Assembly (NCBI RefSeq): GCF_030028105.1
Contig: NC_092383.1
Span: 99,161,604 to 99,218,636, forward strand
Direction of reading: 5' to 3'
From: Mobula birostris
Taxonomy: Eukaryota
DNA: 57,033 nt
Shown: piece by piece, positions 49,227-57,033 of the stretch
Numbering within the stretch: position 1 is the stretch's first letter
Layout of the letters: the number at the start of each line of letters is the position of its first letter
Position numbers and translations under genes: made by a program
The notes under the pieces: model-generated
The model's database searches: none
Told to the model about the DNA's origin: nothing
Seen by the model: the letters and a program-made list of their open reading frames with translations, nothing else

Positions 49227-50130
49227 TGTGACGAAAGAGGGTTACAAAAAGTACACATAGACTAAGATGTTAACTGTCCTGTGCTGGCACCAGTGGGATC
49301 AACAGTTGATCTGCCACCTGTCTTCAGGAGAAAGAGAGATAAGGAAGACAATGGAGCAGCATTTGGAAATGTTAATGAAGAGACGAGAGAGTTTAATAGA
49401 AGGAGAACTGAGAACTGAGAAGATCTCAGAACTGTCAAGATCGGCTCCTGTTTGATCCCTGAACTGTTTGAAGTGTGATGGACAGGCGATACCCCAGCAG
49501 GGGGATAAAAAGGGACAGGTTCGCTAAGGCAGGACACACACGACACCACGAGGTAATGAGACCCTGGAAGCGGTGCATCTCCCACAAGTCGGTGGGAGTT
49601 TTTGGAGGGCTGGTCGCGGGACCAAGCCATAGACGCACAGGGTGGAAAGGTACGATTGGCAGGAACCTGGTGTGTGTCCGCCCTTGCCTGGGTGCCAGGT
49701 TCACTGCAGAGGAACAATCGTATCTGAAACGGAGGGGTCACAGTCAGTGACCTCAGAAGACATTACAAAGGGCTCGCCCGAAAGCTGACTGTGAGGAATA
49801 TCGAAGGTCTGTTTGAAATCCGATTTGAATATTCATTCACTCTCTCTCTCTCCCTCCCACGGCGACGGCGATTACTGCGAACTGAACTTTGCGTCACTTT
49901 GAAACTGGTCATTTACCCCTAGACGACGATTAGAGCTTGATTGATCCTATTATCCTAGTTCTGTGTACATGTGTGTTTATCATTGCTGAACTGTTGTATT
50001 TATTATCCTTTTGATTGGAGTACTGTGTTGCTTATTTCTTTAATAAAACTTTCTTAGTTCCAGTAATCCACACTCCAACTGAGTGATCTATTTCTGCTGG
50101 TTTGGCAACCCAGTTACGGGGTACGTAACA
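49227..50130 (+). mobile_element. Solo LTR (904 bp), Gypsy-like
   Basis: TGTGACG...CGTAACA termini; 4-bp TSD CTTC; TATA-like GATAAAAG near 49504; AATAAA at 50042. Confidence 0.9.
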
Positions 50131-50424
50131 CTTCATTCTCACATTCTATTCTTCCCTTTCCCATATCCAGCCTCATCCCCCCTCTCCCACCTGTCTCCAT
50201 CTTCACATCACCCTATCTGCCACCTCCCCCAACACCAACCAGATCCTACCTCACCTCTCACTCAAATCTCTGCACACTGACTAACACTCTTCTGTACTCT
50301 CAGTAATCTGAAACACTGATCATCCCTTTTCCTGACCCACTGAATTCTTCCGAAACTTTGTTCAGGCATTATCATTGCCCAAGTCTGTACAACCAATCAG
50401 AATCAGGTTTATTATCACCAGCAT

Positions 50425-50645
50425 CCTCAACCAATCACAACCATTGGCCATCTAACCAGTGCTGGGCATTCAGCCAATCAATATCAGTCATTCAACCAGT
50501 CATCAGCATCGACCAATCACAACCATCGGCCATCTGTCCAGTGATGGGCATTCAGCCAATCAATATCAGTCATTCAACCAGTCATCAGCATCGACCAATC
50601 ACAACCATCGGCCATCTGTCCAGTGATGGGCATTCAGCCAATCAG
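50425..50645 (+). repeat. 82-bp tandem repeat (about 2.6 units), CCAAT-rich
   Basis: Unit ACCAATCACAACCATCGGCCATCTGTCCAGTGATGGGCATTCAGCCAATCAATATCAGTCATTCAACCAGTCATCAGCATCG. Confidence 0.85.
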
Positions 50646-50899
50646 GACCATGGCCATCCATTTAATTACCATTACTAGCCATCAAGCAATCCACATGCCC
50701 AACCATTTAACCAATTGCAACCTCAACTCTTTTCAACTCCCTAACATTCGACTAATCACTGTGATTCTCCAATCACAGTTTGACTTCCCCACAGCTGACC
50801 ACTGAATTAATTACAATCACTGGCCAGTTGACCATCAGTCCAGCCAATCATGTTGGTCGGAGCACTCAATCCATCAGTTCACATCCAACGAATCTCAAC

Positions 50900-53800
50900 A
50901 CCTGAGTGCTCTTCATCCCTCCACTTCTCCTTCAACACCACTTCCCCACCCATCCCCTGTTGCTCACGCTTCTGTTCACCCTCCATTCCACATCTCTTCC
51001 TTCTCCCTGCCCCTCCAACCTTCAGAGCCCACACTGCCCCTCTCTCCTTCCTCCCTCTCTCCCTCCCTCCTGCTCTCTGTCTTCCCCTCTACTACTCTTC
51101 CCTCCCTCCCTCCCCTTCTATCCCTACATCTCTCTCCCCCTTTCTCTCCGGCTCTTTTTCTCCACTCCTTCTGCCCTTCCTCTCACCTCCCTCCTCACTA
51201 CCCCCTCTCCCCTCCATGCCCCTGCTCACTCCCCCCTCCCTCTCTCCCCCTCCACCGCCCTCTCGCTCCTCTCCCACCCTTCCTCCTTCACTCTCTTTCT
51301 CCTTCCTCCCCTCTTCCTCTCTCCAACTCCCTCTCTCCCCTCACTCACCCCCTCTCTCACCATCTTCTCCCCTCTCTCTCCACACCCCACTCTTTCTCCT
51401 CCCCTCACTCTCTCCTCCCCTTCTCACCCTTTTGCCCCCTGCACCCTCTCCTCTCCCCCTCCCTCCCTCCCCTTCTCCCATCCCTCCCTCTCACATTTCT
51501 CTCCCTCCACCTCTCTCTCTGTCTCTCTCTCCCTCCCTAACTCCCCTTCCTTGCCCTTCTCTGCCCTTCTCTGCCTTCCATCTCTCTCTCTCTCTCACCC
51601 GTCTCTGCCTCTGTCCCCTTCCTACCCCTCCCTACTTCCTTCTCCCCCTCTACTCCACCACTCTCTCCCTCCCCTCCTCTTCCCGAACCGTCCCACCCTC
51701 TCCATCTCACCTTTCCCTCCCCATCTCCGGCTCCCCCTCTCCATCCCCCCTCCCTCCCTTCCTCCCTCCCTTTTTTTATCGTGCCCATGGACTGATCTTC
51801 ATCAAGTTACAGTATTGCTTCCACTGTTGTAACTATATGTTTATAATTATGTGGTTTTTGTCAGTTTTTCAGTCTTGGTCTGTCCTGTGTTTCTGTCATA
51901 TCACACCGGAGGAATATTGTATCATTTCTTAATGCATGCATTACTAAACGATAATAAAAGAGAACTGCGTGTCCTCATAATCTAATCTATCTTCCCTCCC
52001 TCCCACCCTCTCTCCATCCCCCCTCCCTCCCTCTCTCCATCTCCTCTCCCTCTCTCTCCATCTGTTCCTCCCTCCATCACTCTCTCCATCCCCCTCCTTC
52101 TCTTCCCTCCCTCCCCCTCCCTCTGTCCCCTCCCTCCCTCTATCTCCCCTCCCCTCCCTCTCTCCATCCCCCTCTCTCCTCTCCCTCCCCTCCCTCCTTC
52201 TCTCCACTCCCTCCCTCTCTCCATCCCCCTCCCCCTCCCTCCCTCCATCCCCTCCCTCCCTCTCTCCATCTCCCCTCCCCTCCCTCCCTCCATCCCCCCT
52301 CCCTCTCTCCCCTCCCTCCATCCCCCTCCCTCCTTCTCTCCATTCCCCTCCCCCTCCCTCCCTCCCTCTCTCCATCCCCTCCCTCCCTCTCCTGCTCCCT
52401 CTCTCTCTCCATCTGTTCCTCCCTCCCTCCCTTTCTCCCCTCCTTCCTTCCCTCCCTTTCTCCCCTCCCTCCCTTCTCCCCTCTCCCTCCCTCCCTTTCT
52501 CCCCGCTCCCTCCCTCCCTTTCTCCCCCCTTTTCTCCCCCCTCCTCCCTCCCTTNNNNNNNNNNNNNNNNNNNNNNNNNNNNNNNNNNNNNNNNNNNNNN
52601 NNNNNNNNNNNNNNNNNNNNNNNNNNNNNNNNNNNNNNNNNNNNNNNNNNNNNNNNNNNNNNNNNNNNNNNNNNNNNNNNNNNNNNNNNNNNNNNNNNNN
52701 NNNNNNNNNNNNNNNNNNNNNNNNNNNNNNNNNNNNNNNNNNNNNNNNNNNNNNNNNNNNNNNNNNNNNNNNNNNNNNNNNNNNNNNNNNNNNNNNNNNN
52801 NNNNNNNNNNNNNNNNNNNNNNNNNNNNNNNNNNNNNNNNNNNNNNNNNNNNNNNNNNNNNNNNNNNNNNNNNNNNNNNNNNNNNNNNNNNNNNNNNNNN
52901 NNNNNNNNNNNNNNNNNNNNNNNNNNNNNNNNNNNNNNNNNNNNNNNNNNNNNNNNNNNNNNNNNNNNNNNNNNNNNNNNNNNNNNNNNNNNNNNNNNNN
53001 NNNNNNNNNNNNNNNNNNNNNNNNNNNNNNNNNNNNNNNNNNNNNNNNNNNNNNNNNNNNNNNNNNNNNNNNNNNNNNNNCCTNNNNNNNNNNNNNNNNN
53101 NNNNNNNNNNNNNNNNNNNNNNNNNNNNNNNNNNNNNNNNNNNNNNNNNNNNNNNNNNNNNNNNNNNNNNNNNNNNNNNNNNNNNNNNNNNNNNNNNNNN
53201 NNNNNNNNNNNNNTTTNNNNNNNNNNNNNNNNNNNNNNNNNNNNNNNNNNNNNNNNNNNNNNNNNNNNNNNNNNNNNNNNNNNNNNNNNNNNNNNNNNNN
53301 NNNNNNNNNNNNNNNNNNNNNNNNNNNNNNNNNNNNNNNNNNNNNNNNNNNNNNNNNNNNNNNNNNNNNNNNNNNNNNNNNNNNNNNNNNNNNNNNNNNN
53401 NNNNNNNNNNNNNNNNNNNNNNNNNNNNNNNNNNNNNNNNNNNNNNNNNNNNNNNNNNNNNNNNNNNNNNNNNNNNNNNNNNNNNNNNNNNNNNNNNNNN
53501 NNNNNNNNNNNNNNNNNNNNNNNNNNNNNNNNNNNNNNNNNNNNNNNNNNNNNNNNNNNNNNNNNNNNNNNNNNNNNNNNNNNNNNNNNNNNNNNNNNNN
53601 NNNNNNNNNNNNNNNNNNNNNNNNNNNNNNNNNNNNNNNNNNNNNNNNNNNNNNNNNNNNNNNNNNNNNNNNNNNNNNNNNNNNNNNNNNNNNNNNNNNN
53701 NNNNNNNNNNNNNNNNNNNNNNNNNNNNNNNNNNNNNNNNNNNNNNNNNNNNNNNNNNNNNNNNNNNNNNNNNNNNNNNNNNNNNNNNNNNNNNNNNNNN

Positions 53801-54050
53801 NNNNNNNNNNNNNNNNNNNNNNNNNNNNNNNNNNNNNNNNNNNNNNNNNNNNNNNNNNNNNNNNNNNNNNNNNNNNNNNNNNNNNNNNNNNNNNNNNNNN
53901 CCATCTCCCCTCCTCCCTTCCTCCCTCCATCTCCCCTCCTCCCTTCCTCCCTCCATCTCCCCTCCTCCCTCCATCTCCCCTCCTCCCTCCATCTCCCCTC
54001 CTCCCTCCCTCCCTCCCTTTCTCCATCTCCCCTCCTCCCTCTGTCTATCT
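50900..54050. repeat. CT-rich polypyrimidine low-complexity tract containing an N gap (52555-53900)
   Basis: Almost purely C/T on plus; Ns with stray bases at 53081-53083 and 53214-53215. Confidence 0.95.
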
Positions 54051-54063
54051 CTCGAAGTTTCAC

Positions 54064-54069
54064 CTGCAT
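54064..54069 (-). CDS. KLHDC9: KLHDC9 coding exon 1 (ATG CAG = Met-Gln)
   Basis: GAAATGCAG|GTGAAA phase-0 donor in a CpG-rich patch; supplies the missing start for the phase-0 acceptor at 40801, giving 355 aa. Confidence 0.72.
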
Positions 54070-54086
54070 TTCCCGCAGCCGCTCTC

Positions 54087-54099
54087 GTTGCCTGGCAAC
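54087..54099. promoter_or_regulatory. RFX X-box GTTGCCTGGCAAC at the KLHDC9 5' end
   Basis: Palindromic X-box consensus; weaker second site GTTCCCCTGGAAAAC at 54101-54115. Confidence 0.8.
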
Positions 54100-54659
54100 C
54101 GTTCCCCTGGAAAACGCGTCGCTGCTTTACGGCAGTGTCGCCGAGACTCTGCGCGCTTCTCCTGGGGATGGCGACGGGACGTTCGCACTCAGCCGGGGAA
54201 TTGGTCCCGTGTGCTCGGGGACGGGGCGTCCGGTCCGGGGTGAGAGGGTTAATCCCACCAGTATCCCCCTCCCCCGCAAAATAGATTGTTTGTGGGCAAA
54301 GGGAGGCTTTGAACAGTGGGACCTGGAGATCTGCACTGAAAGGCAAGGCGGGCATTACTGGGGGAACCGAGGGAGACGAAAATTATTGATGCTCTGGTTG
54401 AAAAGCAGGAGGCTTGGGTCAGGTACAGGCAGCTGGGACTTTGGGGCACGTCCAGCTGGTTCATGTGGAGCATGAGGCAGAGAGAACAGCATCATCGATG
54501 TGGGCAGAGTGAGGGTTGTCACTGAGACGTGGGGGGGTCCGGAGATACACTGGCCGCTGTGAAGAAGGGAGTAGAGGGGAGGCCATTTGGTTGAAGGGGT
54601 ATTCTAGCTGGTTTGGGCCAGTTCTACCTTCCGCACTGCGCCCTGAGCTGAGAGATTTA

Positions 54660-55820
54660 CAATTCCACAGCACTGTTTTCCCCCCTCAGATCGGTCTCAG
54701 ACAAGCATGTCCTCATTCCAGACCTACTGGAAGTGTACAATGCTATGCTTCTGGCTGGCAGCATGTCACACTCCATGAGGAAGGGCATCCTTACCCTCGT
54801 CTACAAGTAGAAGCGGGAGAGAGATGACATCAGTATTTGGAGACCCATTTCACTGCTGAATGTAGATTACAGTATGCTATCCAAGGCCACTGCCAACAGA
54901 GTCAGGTCTGTTGTAGGACAGGTGACCCACCTGGACCAAACCTATGCTGTACCTGGCAGGAAGCTCTTTGACAGCCTGGTGCTGCTCACGGATACCATCG
55001 CCTGCACGCAGGTCAGAGGAGTGGATGCCCGGCTGGTCATCTTCGGAGCAGGAAAAAGCCTTTGACAGCATGCTACACAGGTATACGTATGATGGACGCT
55101 CCAAAATGGGTTTTGGGGAGGGAATCAGAAATTGGATCCAGCAGCTCTCCACAGAGATCTATATTGCAGTCCAAATCAATGGTTGGGAGATAGCTTCCCC
55201 TTCAAGTCTAGAGTCAGGCAGGGCTGCCCTCTCTCCCCTGCCTTGTCTGTGTGCTGTATAGAACTCTTTGTCGAAGGACGAGAGCATAAGAGGGGTGATG
55301 CTGCTGGGCAATGGGGGGGGACCCAGGTGAAAACCTCCCTGTACATGGTCGATGTCAATGTCTCCTGCTCGGATCGGAGGCCAGTCCATAGATAGATCTG
55401 CAACCAGTCTGAATTGCCATCAGGGAAGCCACGCTCTTCGGCAACTGGCCCAACCCACCCAGTGTCCTTTTATCTGTCCGGTCCAATTACATGAAGGTGC
55501 TGGGGATCAAAAATTGGGATTTCCCTCTGGATAACTGGGAAGAACCTGGCCATCAGCTCTCCACTGCAGTACTAGGTGCAGGTGTGGCCCTTCTATCCCC
55601 TTCTCCAGCTTGGGAATCACCCGAGACATCTTCAGGTTCATCTGGGGATTGAAGATGGAGTGGGTCAGATGGGTCACAACGCACAACTCCCTGGACAATG
55701 GGAGCAAATCCATACCTAATGTCACCCTCATCCTGTTAATCACCTTTGTATGTAGCTGCATCAGGTTGTGTGTGGAACCTAAATCCATGGACACCTAGTA
55801 CCACTACATGGCGAGGTTCT
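54660..55820 (+). mobile_element. Tx1-clade LINE RT fragment, decayed
   Basis: WRPISLLNVDY, SKATANRVRSVVGQVTHLDQTYAVPGR, EQEKAFD, RVRQGCPLSPAL. Confidence 0.85.
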
Positions 55821-56213
55821 CATTAACACTCAAACAACAAAGGCAAGATTTTCTTTTGCTTCTTCAACTTTACTCTCTCCGTTCAAATTTTGTACACTAG
55901 GCTGCCATTTTCTTACCAACCATCCTCCCACCACTTTCATGCACATGCCCATAACAGGGAAAGTGAACATCATAACTAAATGTCGACATAACCCAAATGA
56001 ACATAACTCAACAATCTCCCATCCTCTTTATGTACATAAAATAATCTTAAATGTCCATTGGTTTAGATGTATTACTTTTAACTCTTCTTGTTAGGTTTAA
56101 TAAATTTCTTAAGATTCCCTATACCCTCACTTAATGCTTTCACAGTACTACAAAAATAAAAAAATACATATATATATCAACTCAAATGTCCATTAGGATA
56201 TGGGGATTGGTTC

Positions 56214-57033
56214 TAACTCTTGACGTTGATACAGTTCTTAAGGTACCAAATGCCTTCACGAAAGGCCTTTAGCAGCACAAGAGCTGGAGCTCCCTTCTCT
56301 GTCAGACTGTCAGCTAGTTGTTCCTTTCTAGTTGACCACAGCACATGATAAATTTTCTGTGCTTGGACAAGATCTTATCACTAGATGAAGCCTCTCCTCT
56401 GTAACTGACTTGGTGGATTTGATGGCATCAACCAAAGACCAGTTGTTTGTGACACAAGTTATTTGTTGACTGTCCTTTGGGTCACCATGGAAAAGCTCGG
56501 AATAGAGTGTGGCCAGAAAAACAGTATTGTCAATACCTTCAGACATTGCAAGGGTTTCTCCTGCCTGCGTACTCCATACAACCCCTCAGATCCTTTTTGA
56601 TTGCCAACAGAGAGGTGAAAATCTTCTCTCTTCTCCCAGCAGTACAATAAAATGGAGTCCTTCCATCAGGGACATTACCATGTGAGGCATCACCGAAGAT
56701 AAGGAGCCTCAGCGAGCTATCTTTTCCAAGCTGTTGAAACTGCAAAACTACTTTTTTCAGATTGAATTCTGCACACTATCTTGTCTGCCTCATCTAAAGT
56801 TTGTACTGTGGCATTTTTTTGTGCTGGATGTCAAGTTTGCAAGCATCAAACATGATATCAGGTCTGCCCTGCCTTGCCATCCATAGAATCTGACCTATCT
56901 TTGGCTCAAGTTGCTCCGCTTCAGCTTCACTGAGGGGTGCGTCCCACTGTGTGACACGTGGGGATTCCATGTGGATTGTCTGAAGATTCCTGATGTAGCT
57001 TTCTTGGTGCAGTTGTGCTGTTCCATCAACAGC
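56214..57033 (-). mobile_element. Ty1/copia LTR retrotransposon pol fragment (RT C-terminus plus RNase H), runs off the right edge
   Basis: LHQESYIRNL, IGQILWMARQGRPDIMFD, FGDASHGN, NNWSLVDAIKSTKSVTEERL, KEQLADSLTEKG; frameshifted. Confidence 0.85.

Noticed and set aside
50850-51932. 360-aa Pro/Ser/Leu-rich ORF
   Set aside because: CT-rich low-complexity tract that lacks stop codons by composition; no domain signal
51944-54355. 628-803 aa ORFs on the minus strand
   Set aside because: Artefacts of translating through Ns and stop-free GA-rich low-complexity DNA

Overview
Vertebrate genomic DNA, inferred from its repeat content to be a cartilaginous fish (probably a ray). It carries the conserved NIT1-PFDN2-KLHDC9 block known from human 1q23. 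I rebuilt three complete spliced genes by hand, with GT-AG junctions and matching phases: NIT1 (minus, 6 coding exons, 304 aa long form or 289 aa short form), PFDN2 (plus, 3 coding exons, 162 aa, head-to-head with NIT1) and KLHDC9 (minus, 5 coding exons, 355 aa, including an inferred 2-codon first exon beside an RFX X-box). A possible signal-peptide exon of an unidentified gene lies in a CpG island near the left edge. Most of the rest is decayed transposable elements (CR1, Rex1/Babar, RTE, Penelope, Tx1, Tc1, mariner MITE, solo LTRs, copia, SINEs), minisatellites and a 1.35-kb assembly gap. Standout observations: the NIT1 exon carrying the catalytic Cys has anomalously low GC3 (7/42 codons versus about 60-80% in the other large exons); PFDN2 lacks the mammalian intron 1; a minisatellite copies the KLHDC9 exon-3 splice donor about 35 times; and there are six decayed Penelope-type hammerhead ribozyme motifs. 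No clearly new biological system is demonstrated. All homology calls rest on recalled sequences, not database searches.
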